A DNA stretch of 48,637 bases, filler included, from Sphacelaria rigidula (taxonomy: Eukaryota): assembly GCA_964200075.2 (NCBI GenBank). It is 2 parts of 2 records of this genome, joined end to end, with 100 filler letters (N's around TTAATTAATTAA, not from the genome) between each part and the next. Parts side by side here need not be neighbours in the genome. Positions count along the whole stretch, not along the records: positions 24,373 to 48,637 come from CAXNAA020000214.1; 1 more part is not named here. One strand, given 5' to 3'. Numbering within the stretch: position 1 is the stretch's first letter; every line of letters begins with the position of its first letter. The notes below the pieces were generated by a model. It saw only the letters and a list, made by a program, of their open reading frames with translations, was not told the DNA's origin and did not search any database. The position numbers and the translations under genes are program-made. Of this stretch, positions 36,459-48,637 are shown piece by piece.

Positions 36459-36648
36459 GTGCTAGAAGCCAGCGGGCGATCCTTTCAATATCCGCCTTAG
36501 CAGCACACTGTCTGACTTTTCGATGTCAGAGAAGCTATGGCCGGTGGTTGTGTGCGACGTTCTGGGTAGTTGTCAGGCTAAGTACGATACATGGCAGACT
36601 CATGGTACGATTCAATCTGTACTGTGTTCACCTACTGTCTGCACATAG

Positions 36649-37510
36649 CAGAGCTCGTCACTGGACTTTGCCACGAGACGGGACGGGACCATTTTCCCGT
36701 CTCAAGGGAAACGACGGGACGGAATCGATTTACGTCGCCGTTAAAAAAACATCGGGGCGGGACGGGAACGGTTTTCCGTCACTAGGAAAACAGTTTGACG
36801 GCATTCCCGGTCAGTCCGTCCCAATTTCACGGGAACGCTCCCGTGAGAATTCACCGTTCCGTCTTGTTCCATCCCGTCCCGATCTGACGGAGAAGCGTGC
36901 ACAACCCTCCCAAAACAAGCGAGGGGAGACCATCACTTAGTGCAGCGATAATTTGACACATTCATAAAGGTATGACCATTGACCTCCGAGGTACAACATC
37001 CGACCACCAACAGCAGTCGAATCGACGCAGATTAGCGACGAGGAAACGCTCCCGTCTCGTCTCGTAGGCTCCGGGGGCACGGGACATTCTGTATCTGCTC
37101 CGTCTCGTCCCGAAGTCACGTAACAAGCCCTGCTCACGATAATTGTGATCCGTTTACACTTTTGTGGGACATGTAAAAATGGGCTGTGGAAGGAACAGGA
37201 GCCTGAGACGAAAACGAGAAAAAACGCACACCCAATAAGTGCAAGTATGCACTCAATCTTTCCATGAGATTGGATGGTATTCATCGTGGAATACACCGGG
37301 AATTTTCCGTGACGACGGGAGGGGAAATTGTTGTCGTCGTCAAGTAACGACATGACGATACGGAAACGTTTGTCCACCGCCAAGAAACAAGGTGACGGGA
37401 CGGCACAGCTTTTCCGTTGCCGAAAGCACGATGGGACGACGAATTCCCGCCCCGACCAATCTCCCGCCGCGAGAGTTTTCCTCCGCGACAAGCTCCGGGC
37501 TATAAGAGCT
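36649..37510. mobile_element. Cluster of GACGG/CCGTC-motif non-autonomous DNA-transposon (hAT-like MITE) remnants
   Basis: Many GACGGGAC/CCCGTC motifs in both orientations; ends resemble CAG(A/G)GCT. Confidence 0.55.
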
Positions 37511-37906
37511 AGTGCTTTCCCGTTTTGTACCGGCACAGTCTGGTACTACCTGTGCCGTGAAATATATCCGACAGCAAGTACTGCTGTTGGTGTTGCGGAC
37601 TTGTGTCCGCCAAAGTTGGATCGTACTTTTGTACCACACAAGCAGTACACACGGCAATGATCGGTATTGGGTTTTCCGCGAAGATGATCATTGTGTAGGG
37701 CTTCGATACGGTGACGGCCCGCTCATAAGAAGTGTCTTCGTAAAAAATTGAGCCTCAGATTTCCGAAAAACTAGGAAATTTGCAGTGAGAAATTTGAGCT
37801 CAAATGATGAGATATATAAAGGAATGGAGCGGCAGGGAATCGATCGATACCTTCCAACGAAAATTATTACGTATGAAAAATAGCTGACGTGAGAAACGAA
37901 AACAGA

Positions 37907-37957
37907 TTGCTGGGCTAGGAAAGGTTGCTGGGCTAGGAAAGGTTGCTGGGCTAGGAA
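37907..37957. repeat. 18-bp tandem repeat TTGCTGGGCTAGGAAAGG, about 3 copies
   Basis: Read directly. Confidence 0.9.
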
Positions 37958-38358
37958 GAAGTTACCAAAATAAGAACGAGGTGCCAGTGTTTTGGCCAGG
38001 AAGAAAAACTGTGACACAAAAAAAACGCTCATGTTGACTGGCAGAGTAAGGCTTTGAGTCCCGCTCAATACAGCGGTTATCCCATATATGAGTGGGCCAG
38101 TGCTGCACACAACGCCACACCATCTTAATCACCGCAACAGTAATACAATGTTCATGGTGAAGCATACACCTAATACCTAATACACATCATGCCTCGGCCA
38201 TAAATCAAACGGCAACCCAGGCGACCGACAGTTAGTACTTCCGTTCGGATGGGGGAACGTCTGTCACAGACCTCGTAAACCGAACCGTACTTTCCAGCAT
38301 AGCTCTAAACGTCGTTGTTGAGGGGAAATTCATTAAATCAACAGTCGATCGTCGAAAT

Positions 38359-38995
38359 CGAGGATTGAGCTTTCCATTGAGGATGAGAACCCGGAGGGTT
38401 GAAATCTTCGTATTGATTGATGCGATTTGATCGACTGATTGTCGCACTTTTACTGATCCCCCAGGGTTCCAGCCGTTGTCTCATGATAGACGTACCCAAG
38501 AAAAACGCAACTGAAACACGCTCTGAAGAAAAGCAGTAACAGGAGGAAAAAAAAAGTCAAACAGAACGACATAGCAGACTAAGTCGTAACAAAAAAATTA
38601 ATAAAAAAGTAATAAAAAAGTCAACACAAGCAAAGCACAGAAAGAAACGTATTTACACCACATTTTTATTCCTTTTTCTACTGGTAGCTGTTGACAACTG
38701 CTACACACCCTACAATTTTCGATTTCGATAACCGAAATGTTGGGGTCCTAGATGACGGAACATGCCTGGGGAATTTAGATGATCCGATCGGATCGCCGAA
38801 ATTCCTCTACATTGATTTTTCACCCAGGACCTCAACATTTCGGTTATTGAAATCCAAACTTGTATGGCGTGGAGTACTTGTCAATAGCTACTAGTAGGTG
38901 AAGGAGTGGAATCATATTCCGAATATTCTGTGTGATAAGAAGGTTTTATCTTCCGGGTTCTCCTCCTCAATAAAAAGCTCCATCCTCAATCTCGA
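38359..38995. mobile_element. Foldback MITE (family C), left arm interrupted by ~250 bp of A-rich DNA
   Basis: Arms pair (AATGTTGGGGTCCTAG / AGGACCTCAACATT; GAGAACCCGGA / TCCGGGTTCTC); homologous to 46169-46612. Confidence 0.75.
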
Positions 38996-40025
38996 TGATC
39001 GGTTGTCAATTGAATGCGAAAGAACAGACCGTGGGTAACTTGAAATTCGCAGCAGTTTTCAGATTTCGACTTTGTACCTCATGCGTCTTTTACTCACAAT
39101 GAAACGATAAAAGATCCACCCCAAGCTTCGCACACACATTCGCATTGACACAAAGCCTAACCACATGCATCTGCCAGTCACAAGTGAGATCGGTATCGGT
39201 GCTCAGGGGTGCGACAGGATCTTTCGCCATCTCGGCTCTGCATGTACCTTGTCAGGCAACAGGTGCAGCAGTCTGTGGTGTGCACACTGATTGTACGAAC
39301 ACACCTCTCAAGCTTGTGGCTGCTCTTCTTTCACCAGTGAAAGTGGAGTTTGGGAAGGGTATTCGAACGGACAGGTGGGGATAAAATACTCACCGCACAC
39401 GTGTTTTCGCTGCTGCTACTATCAATACAACAGTACAGTACTCTTCCTGGTGCATTGGCCTTCGCTTGAGGAACCACAACACGTCGGTTTTTCATCTCGG
39501 CTGCTCACGACAGGCCAATCACTCATTTAGGCTGCTCACGAGTGGGAAGGGGCGCTTGTGAGAGCTGGGGCGACTCTCGGGAAGAGTCGCAGTCATATCA
39601 AGAGCAATATCCCTGTTTTGTTTTGCTGCTTGCGGAAACTGCGCAAGCTGAACGGACGGTTTGCAGCCTTCTAGCTCCCCCAGCTACAGTAGTCAGCGTC
39701 AGAAGTATGCAGAATTAGTCATTTCTTAGTTTCTAAAAAATTTCCCAAATTTGTTTCGCTTGCCACCGCTCATCACAGTGACTGTTGGATGCCAAAACAT
39801 GGGCATCTGGACATATTTTTATCCTCTTAACAAAAATTGAGAGAAAAAATATCGGCGACCAATATTGAGTGATTTACAGGCTAGACCAATCTTCGGGGGT
39901 CCTGCGAAAATGCAACCCCAGGTTGAAGCTGTTCGGTATTTTCAGTGGACCGACTTGATCCCGATCATATACGTGACGACTCAGCAATGATTGTTTCTTG
40001 AAATTCCACCTATTCACTGCGCTAA

Positions 40026-40510
40026 AGCCGGAAAACTGTGTTTCTTGGACCATTCACGGTCAATCACACCCCTCCTGATAAACGGAGTCTTCACCCCGTA
40101 TCACCCCCACAACACCAACTGGGGGATTGTGATTTGAGCACGGTCTACTTGTTTTGGCGAACGTATCGACGCTAGCACTTTCGAGTGCTCATGGGAAATG
40201 TCATGCGAAAACCCCCCGAAAAGAGGCCATCCACCGAAAATACTTGACTAACGTCTGTGCAGTATAGGAGGCAAACACGATCTCGATCGTTACTGTGAAG
40301 AATTTTGTACGTATTCATTCATCTCAATATTTACCGTTTCGCTGCGGAAGAGCCGGACAACTGTTTTTATCGGAACAAAAACGGTCAATAACACCCTCCT
40401 GATAAACGGGGTACCTAGTCCGTATCGCCCCAAAACATCAACTTGGGTACTGCAGTTTGAGCACGGCCCACGCTTCCCCCCTAAATCTACCGGCGCTAGT
40501 ACTTTCAAGT
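40026..40510. repeat. Diverged direct repeat of ~160 bp, period ~325 bp (40026-40186, 40351-40510)
   Basis: Shared ACGGTCAAT.ACACCC, CTCCTGATAAACGG, TTTGAGCACGG, CGCTAG.ACTTTC. Confidence 0.8.
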
Positions 40511-42272
40511 AGTAATGAAGAGCAATACTCGGGAAAACTCAAGAACTTAAGAACTACGAATTCTGAAAACTTCTGATGCTGACTACTTCAACACGTTCAA
40601 CAGTCAACATGGGAACATGAAAGTTTAGCATCAATCTATACAGTGGCGCGCCCGGTACTTGCTGAACGTTTTGTTTCGATTTGGTTCGAAGAGATAAAAA
40701 AGCATGTGAAACAGGCACAGACATGAGGGGGGCTAGCCGACACATGCCGGCAGTGGGTAGTGGGTATACTACGACAGACGCAGTCCGGTGGTGTGCTGGA
40801 ACACAGCCGCTACGACGTTCTTCACATACATGTTGACTGATGCAAATGCCCATGTCTCGCACAACCATTGTAGCCGGTAGGGTGGGAAATATCCGCTCGT
40901 TCGACACAACCGAACTGTGCTTGAAAGAGGAAACGAGCCGAGCAGAAAGAGCCCCTTGAAGTAGGCACAACACGTGTAATGCTCTATGTACGCTTACTGT
41001 CAAAGCACGTGGTGATGATACATGGGATAGCTCGGCCTTGGGGTGTTTGTGGTGGCTGCATGTCGCCTGCACCAAAACGAGCAGTATATACCGTCAAATG
41101 TCTCGAGCTCATCCAGAGTCTATATTTGAAGTCACGGAGCATTCTCGACATCGATAACACAATGCGTACCTTCTGTTTCGCGCCAGGAGAGCTGTGACGG
41201 GGCCAGATTGTTGTGGCTCAGGTGCCCCTTGTAGGAGCTATGGTGGTGAAAACACTGATAAGAGTCTCGGCAGGAGATACCCTTGAGGATGTACTTGCCT
41301 GATGGAGAGAGATATCACTGATCGAATCAGGCACGACGCAGCGGGGTAACCAAAGACGCCTCCTTGTATCGGACGCTCCTTGTTTCATTTGAAATCGCTC
41401 CATGAAAGTCTGGGTTTGTGTTTTTCAAACATACATTAGAACAAGATGTACAGCAGTCCCGTTGGTATCATACTATCTGTAAGGTACATCTACTGTAAGG
41501 TATACTTACTTGTAAAGGTTTGTGTGGGTTGGGAATAACCAAAAGGACAAGCGGCAGCACAGTTTGATAATTTGTGTAGAGGCGTGTTCGGTCATGACGC
41601 TGTTCCCTCTTACATCTCTTTCAGTCAGGCACGTACACACAGACCCAGGGCACCTCCTACCGGGATGTCTGTCGGTACTTCTATAGCCAGTGCTGCAAAG
41701 TACGAACTGGCGACGAAAACCCAGCCCCGTTACAGCATTACAAGTGCAACGGGAGGTATGTACCGGTTGTACAATACAGCGAATGAGGGATGGGTGCGGT
41801 TTTGAAGTGCATGTGGTACTGTTGTACAACAGTTGAACATCCGCAACAGATAGTCCGCCACGTGCACACGTGGATTCGGGGCATCTCCTGCTGAGACGTA
41901 TGTTAGTGCTTCCACGACGAATGCTGCAAAGTATTTATTGGCGACGAATATCCGGCCTCATTCCAACAGGGCAAGCGAAACGAGAGTACTGTCTGCAGGC
42001 TGAACCAGGAATGTCAAACACAGAGAGTAGCACTCAACCTATCAAACAAAATCAGAATAGTATCATTTTGGAAAGCAGTCTTCACTTTGGTTCATGTGAC
42101 AGTATATAATAGCCACCACAATGACCCCCAAATCAAGCTACCCGACACGACAACACCACTACGTGCGGGCAAGCCCATTCACAATATTACCCGCGCCATG
42201 CCTACTTCAAGGAGGTTCGTTGTCAACTGCGTTTCTCGTTGTAGCACGGATTGGTTATAGTTCACGGGAACC

Positions 42273-42606
42273 GTAGGTGAGGTACCGTGCCGAGCGTACC
42301 CCCGGTATTTACCGGGGTATGCCATACCATGGTATGCGTGGGCAGCGTAGGTATGCGTTTTGATAATACCTGATTGAGCGGATACGGCAGGTACTGGTAT
42401 CTCGACATACCGTGGTGTCGTAGGTATCGTAGGTACGACATATCAAGATTCCCGATTGGGCAGGTGCGGTAGGTACTGTGTGTGTGTGTTGTACTGGTAT
42501 CTCGAAATACCGTGGTATCGTAGGTATGACATATTACTATACCCGATTTGGTCGGTACTGGTAGAGTATAAGATGTTCCAAATACCAGTGCCGGGTACCT
42601 GCCTTG
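42273..42606. mobile_element. MITE family D (GTAGGT.AGGTACC TIR, GGTATCGTA-rich), copy 1
   Basis: TIR plus homology to 43525-44153. Confidence 0.75.
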
Positions 42607-43524
42607 CCCCCTATACCGATTTCAAAATTGTCATCCGGCAGTGTAGAGAAGAGTTTCAGGGGGTGTCCTGCGTGTCTTGATACTTTTTGTTCGATCGAAA
42701 AAATGGGGCGATGGAATTGATTTGAGCGAAAATCGCTCGTTTTTGTCGAGTTGGGTCCAGGCGAATTTTCAATCTCTCGATCAATAAAAGACGGTGAAAA
42801 TCGTGAAACGGTACATGGTCACTCGTGTACAGTACACACAGTCTTTACGGTCTGCACTGCTTGCAAGCAGTGTATCTTGAGTGCGTGTTTGTACAGTAGG
42901 ATACAAGAGAGAAGCGAGACCGGATCTATCGATTCCCTCTGCTTACAATACGACGTGGAATGGACTTGAACAACGTGCCGCTTTGTAGTGCCTGCACTGT
43001 CCATGGGCGTGTAGGCAACTCGGTCGCCCCCCGTACCACGCAGTTCCATCGCTGATCCCACCATGGAAGAAGAAGCGCTAGTTTTCGCCGACAAAAAATA
43101 AACAAAACATTCCCACCTACTGCCGTGTATTCATCCCTGTGCTTAGCTCGTACTCTATGCTGCAGGGTTGCGGTGGTGAATAAGAATGAGTTGGATGGAG
43201 TTAGCATGGTTCTGTGAACGGGTGTTATCTAGCGTGGTGGTCCGTAAGATAGGAGTCAAGTGCCGTTTCATGTTTTTGATCGAAAAAGCTTAGCTTTATT
43301 GCCTTGTACTTTTTTCTCCGGGCGCCATCAGTTGCAAAGTTGAGTTGAAGCCTTCTAAGAACAGAAATGCGGTGGACCTATGAGATCGAGAAAAAAAATC
43401 GACCGCACTTCAGCGTAGTAGTGACTTAATCCGAATTTATCCGAACACGAAAATCAGGGGGAATATGGGTATATATTACTTGTGAAAACAAGACGTACCT
43501 GCTCTGACAACTTCTGGCCGTTGC

Positions 43525-44153
43525 GTAAGGTGGGACCTGCTGCACCGCGAGGAGTGCATCATCGCCCGGTATTTACCAGGGTATCCCATACCGCGGTATG
43601 CGTGGGTATCGTAGGTACGGCATTTGAAAATACCCGACTGGGCGGGTGCGGCAAGTATTCGAATTTCGAAATACCGTGGTATCGTGGGTATCGTAGGTAT
43701 GACATTCGAAAATACCCGATTGTGTGGAAGTCGTGAGACTCCCGGTGACGGTAGAAACCGTCGAAGGTGGCCGATGATTTCCCTCGGGTTATGTAGTCAA
43801 GGATTGACCGTAAGTCGTGGGGTTGAGGCAAAGTGGATCACTCGGGAAAGCTCGACGAGCGCGAGCGAGTTAGCCCGATGACGAAGTCTGAGAGTCTTGG
43901 TCAAGAGTGATCCCCAGGGATAGCCAGCAGTTCGCTGGGAAGATCCCTGTTACCTTGGGGTCCCAGATCCGGCTGTACAGATAATATGGAAGTTTCGGGG
44001 CTCCTGCGAACTTACCCCGGTAACAGCCATTCACTAGGTTACACGTCATAAAAGGAAATCTCTCCGCACATGCCCAAATGGCGATCTCCACAATTGGACC
44101 GGTATCGGTAGGGTATGAGATGTCCCGAATACCGGACCGGGTACCTTACCTAC
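43525..44153. mobile_element. MITE family D, copy 2, split by a solo LTR
   Basis: Removing 43723-44096 restores collinearity with copy 1; ends GGTACCTTACCTAC. Confidence 0.78.
43723..44092. mobile_element. Solo LTR, 370 bp, TGTGGA...TCCACA, 4-bp TSD ATTG
   Basis: TG..CA termini with 6-bp inverted ends; ATTG at 43719-43722 and 44093-44096. Confidence 0.85.
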
Positions 44154-44218
44154 GGTGCCTGTGTTGCAGTTCAATTGAGAACGTTTTGTGTAAAGTGTGG
44201 CTACTATTATATACACAC

Positions 44219-45080
44219 CAGGGCTTTACCGCAGTGGGAAAACTCACGGGAAAGCGAACGCAAATGCCCGTGCCGTCCTGTCTTGTTTTGACGGCTTGAA
44301 GGCGTTCCCGTCCCGTTCCGCTATTTTTTCGGCAATGGGAAAGTACTTTCGTCTCCCGTTCCGTCCAGTCATATTTTTAGCTACCGGGAAGCGTTCTCGC
44401 CCCGGGCCGTCCTCACCTGTCCTCACGAGAAAATTCTCGCTGTTGTTCGCGGAAGTTATCGTCACATTGGACGGGACTTTCCGTTAGCCGCACGGGAATT
44501 CCCGCCCAATCTCACCAGAACTTGAGTGTATAGCTCTGCACTGTGGGTATGTCAACTTTTTTCTTGTATGTTCAGACTCAACTCCCGTCCACCGCCCATT
44601 CTTACATTTCACATGGAACGATGAACAGTCGCAATCATGAGAGCCAGAGCTAGTCACGAGGCTTCGGGAATCGACCGATTTCCGATCATTATGGTGAGTC
44701 GAGTCACTTTCTATCGTCAGATTTGTCCCTCAAAATCGGCGACTGTACTTTCTCAAACGTGTCCAATCCGCATGAAATGGTGATTTCCTCTTGCCTGTTT
44801 CAAGGGAGCGGGGGGCGGGGGCAATACACATATTCCCGTGGGAACGGGACGGGGCAGGATGCGACAGCACGGGATGAAAAAATCTTACGGGAAAGTTCTT
44901 GTGAGGACGGGACGGGACGAGAGGGGAAAATCCCGTCCCGTCAATCCCGTCAGTTCCCGTCCCCTCCCGTCATTTGTTTTGACAACGGAAAAACGGCCTT
45001 GTCCGGCCCTGCGGCCTTCGGGGGGACGGAAATTCCCGTTCCGCCCATTTGCTCCGTCTCAAACTTCCGCCTTGAGCTCT
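44219..45080. mobile_element. Second cluster of GACGG/CCGTC-motif MITE remnants
   Basis: CAGGGCTTTA...TATAGCTCTG imperfect TIR (44219-44538) plus a further copy from about 44645. Confidence 0.55.
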
Positions 45081-45875
45081 CCTATACACAGACAGCAGTA
45101 CGATACAGTACACCGAGGGGTCTGTCGGAGAACGATTTCGGGACATGTACATCCTAAGATCGAAGATTTGATTGTTTGAGGGGGGGGCACCCAGCCTGCT
45201 GTCCCTTAGTTCATAGCCGAGGCGTTGGCGGATGCGGTCAGCTGCCGTGTACAGATATCCTTGGCATGGAGGCCCCAGAGATGGCGGACGCGCAGCCCCC
45301 TTCAAGCTCGTCATTCACCATGATTACATTTATGGGATCATGTTAAGTGTCGTGTGCCTCGAGCACCCACTAGTAGTTCAGGCAAGTTTGGCGAGGCGTT
45401 TGATAATGTTGCTACTGTGGCCACAGGCTGTCGCTACCGTGCGCTCGTGTGCACACATGTGTGTGAGCGTGGCCGGCATCCGAGGTCATCGGGGCAGAGT
45501 GGGTAAGGGGCAGAAGCAAACAAACGAACCTCCCAAAGCCCACCAGACTTTTTGTTTTTTGTCAGTGTTCCTTGATCAATTTCGTCAACAATATTTGACA
45601 AAAAAAAATCATGACCATTTTGGAACAACTGCCCTCTAGGAGGGGGGAGGGGGGGGGAGGGCTCCTTGTCCGAATTTATTTTCCCGACAGACCCCTGGTA
45701 CACCTGGATTTCCACCACGCATCTGCCACGTTCCATACTCGGACTGGTAATATCCCAGAAGGTCACACGCGAACCAGCTTCCACGTTTTCCCTGACATTG
45801 AAACGTCAAAGGTTACGCTGCTAGATCAGAGTTCCAAGGCATCGATCGTTGGTTCCTAGTGTGTGCCATTGTGTC

Positions 45876-46114
45876 TCATTGTGTGCAAGAATACGTCGCA
45901 GGATCAGGATATCATTTTTAGGAGTAGGTGTACCCCCACAGGCGCCCCCCACACTGAGCGGGAACCTGGGGCTACGAGCCTCCTCATGATCGGAATCTGG
46001 CGGTTTACACAACAACCCAGTTAGAGTAGGTTTCAGCCACCGGGAAGTTCGAGGGAAGATATGAGGTTAAAGTGCACTGATTTTTCGCACGACAGCAGTA
46101 GAATCGGCCAAGAA
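45876..46114 (-). repeat. Dispersed repeat family B, inverted copy
   Basis: See 36227-36458. Confidence 0.8.
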
Positions 46115-46168
46115 GGGAAAGTGGAGATTGACCCCTGTCTCCTTCTTCCATCCTCTCGGGGCGAATGA

Positions 46169-46612
46169 CACAGGATCTTTCAAATTGGGGATGGATCTTT
46201 AACTGGGGATGAGAAACCCGGAAAATTAAAATCTTCGTATCGACACCAAATCTTCGAAATATTTGTCCATTTCTTCACCTACTCGTAGCTTTTGACACCC
46301 ACTACACGTCATCCATATTTGGATATCAATATCCGCAATGTTGGGGTCCTAGGTGGAAAACAAATTTTGTGGAATTCGGGGTGTCCGAACGGACGCCAAA
46401 ATGGTTCCGAAATTGGTTTTCCACCTAGGACCGCAACATTTCGGTGATCGAAATCCAAATTTCTATGGCGTGTAGCAGTTGTCAATGGCAATCAGTAGGT
46501 GAAAAAATGGAACCATATTTGAAAGATTTGGTGTGTGTGGATACGAAGATTTTAACTCTCCGGGTTTCTCATTCCCAATAAAAAATCCATTCCCAACTTG
46601 TAAGATCCCGTG
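46169..46612. mobile_element. Foldback MITE (family C) with ~200-bp imperfect inverted arms
   Basis: CACAGGATCTT...AAGATCCCGTG ends; GAGAAACCCGGA/TCCGGGTTTCTC, GGTCCTAGGTGGAAAAC/GTTTTCCACCTAGGACC. Confidence 0.88.
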
Positions 46613-46699
46613 TTAAATGTAGTGCCGACGCCGCGCGTTTCATGCGAGGACGTGCGTTCCTTACTGCACGCAATGAGAGGATACGGACAAGAGGGCCGA

Positions 46700-47240
46700 T
46701 GCGACCGCGGGCCGTTTGAAAGAGGGTGCTGTCCGTGGTGATGTGGTCCAAATCGTCAAGAACAAACTCTGTGCTTATCAGCAGCACGGTTTTCAAGCAC
46801 GAACAATGGTACAAGCTCTTGGTCCTCTGCAAGCTGCCATGTGATCGCAACTGCATGGTATTTGCCTGATGCTCCTGGTAACTGTGTGCAACTGTACTAC
46901 AGTACCTATACGTTGTTGTTTCGGAGCGCATTCCACGATGTCTAGGATACGGTATAGCAAGTGACACGTTAGGTCGCTGCTGTGGGGTGTGAGAAAGTCT
47001 CCGAAAAATGCATGCCATGGCGGTTCAGCGCCGATATATGCTCGCATACGAGGCTTTGCGGATTGTGCCAGCTCGGAAAGACTTGCTGTACGCTCTGAGA
47101 GGAGTCTAGCGTACCCTGTCCATCCTTCTTCCGTCCAGTTTTATGTTAGGTCAGAGATACGACTTCTCTTCAGTGCAAAAAATGATCGTGTCTCTGTAAG
47201 TTGCTCTCGGCTTTTTTTCACAAACCTTGAAGGGTTCCTG
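46700..47240 (+). pseudogene. Probable hAT transposase C-terminal remnant
   Basis: MVQALGPLQAAM, then HGGSAPIY...CASSE...SERS...LFFTNL, resembling the hAT dimerization domain (YGxxxPxL...ASSxxxERxxS...LxFxxxN); stops present. Confidence 0.4.
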
Positions 47241-47324
47241 GACTTGTATAAACGATTCACATCCTGTACATCTACAATAGTTGGTGGTTGTTTTTCAAAG
47301 AACTAACTGTTCAGAATTGGGTGC

Positions 47325-47435
47325 AACTAGTTGTTTCCGAACGACTAATATATCAGAATCGTGCGTAACTAGTTGTTAGGAAACAACTAGCCGGTAGTTG
47401 GTGGAAAAATTAGTTAGTTGTTAGTCATAGTTGTG
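47325..47435. repeat. AACTAGTTG-motif repeat/MITE remnant
   Basis: Several AACTAGTTG/CAACTAG and TAGTTG motifs. Confidence 0.5.
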
Positions 47436-48637
47436 CAGGGTGTGAAACAATCGTCACAGTCGTTCGGCCAAACGTCAACCTGAACGAACGAAAAAATCGG
47501 CAAAGTGGGCTAGAGTCCCCTCCGGCAGAGCAGCAGGTGTTTCGGGGTGGCACGATCCGTTAAGGCACTTTTTTTCACGCAAAAATCAGTGCTCAACCGC
47601 CCAAAATAAGCATTTGGTGGCGGGGGGGAAGATCTTCATACGCCTATGAAGCTGCCTTAGGCCCGATTAAGAGGTTGCAAGCGAGGGGGATGTACTCATG
47701 ATCATGCATGCCATCGTCTTACAAGCAGGGGGGGGGGTGAGATGTTTTCGACGGTTTGCGTTGGCTCTTCCTTTTTTCATGAGTGGAAACGAAAAGACGG
47801 CACAGCTTCATTGCAAACTTTTGTGGCCCACTTGAAGCATTCTATATATCCGTCCAACGGTACCAGAACAGTGCCCAGTATCACCATTGCCCACCCAAGA
47901 ACAGCAGAATCATCCCCACAACGGCACAGACAGTGCAGTGTAGCCGTGGTGCGTGCAGTATCAGTGCTGTGCGTGCGTGCATCAAGGTGCGTGAAGCAAG
48001 CAACAGTGCTGATTTTCCGGCGTCTCTGTATTTTGGAACAGAATTAGAATCTCACATCTTGATGAAAGACAACACGTTTAATATTCCAAAACATTAGAGT
48101 CTGGGCGCCGTCGTGAGTAATTGTTTTTCACAAATTACGATACAGCAAGATGCCCTCCGCTCTTTACTGTGCCGCCCTATGCAGACCGTATTTCTCCATA
48201 ATTTTCATTGACATGCCATAATTTCGTGTTTGCGCCCTTCTCCGCCTACATGCTGACCTAACGTGCACTAAAAACGCAGAATACATGCAAAACACGCCCC
48301 GGTGTTAAGAAATCTTTGAGAACGGTCCTGATTGGCAGGTTAGCCACGGGTACTTCGTCGCTCTTTTATCGTTCGGATTGTTGCTGGGTACCGTACATTA
48401 TCCAGGATGATAACATATGCGCGTTTCCTACTTTTCGTACACTGCACCGTGGAAGGCTGGAAGGCCACCCCGCCGAAGTTCTGTCATTGAAAGTGTGTCA
48501 TTTTGAAATTTGTTGGTGACGGGATCTTACAGCAGTGCGCGACCTTGTACTCGTATACACATTTTGTTGTTGTTGTTGTTGTCTTCACATTAAAAGCCGT
48601 TCCGATATCTGCGCGGTACATTGGTACTGGGCATCTT

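Noticed and set aside
36649-45080. CRISPR-like arrays in the GACGGGAC and GGTATCGTA motif clusters
   Set aside because: Motifs are short, irregularly spaced and on both strands, with no unique spacers or cas genes; typical transposon subterminal repeats
36227-46114. One giant element bounded by inverted family-B copies
   Set aside because: The arms are quite diverged, no TSD is visible and the internal repeats are not symmetric; independent insertions are more likely

Overview
Eukaryotic, intron-rich and repeat-rich genomic DNA, most likely from a brown alga (Phaeophyceae; inferred from gene structure and repeat families recalled from memory, not from a search). The left half holds a + strand dynactin p150Glued (DCTN1) gene. 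I reconstructed 25 phase-consistent exons from 3448 to 22464 (3672 nt, 1224 codons). The CAP-Gly 5' exons lie upstream of the window, the 3' end is unresolved, and one intron appears to be GC-AG. Facing it on the - strand (about 23.7-28.1 kb) is a heavily decayed, fragmented Helitron-type Rep/Pif1-helicase coding region. It is preceded by three intact, phase-compatible Pro/Ser/Ala-rich exons (32480-28323), and the intron after the first of them carries an inverted, diverged copy of that exon's 3' part. The rest is mostly transposon debris: LINE fragments, a tRNA-derived SINE with a (CA)n tail, several MITE/foldback families, a solo LTR nested in a MITE and a probable hAT remnant. There are two assembly gaps, one containing an artificial stop-codon linker. 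I found no CRISPR array, rRNA or intact tRNA.
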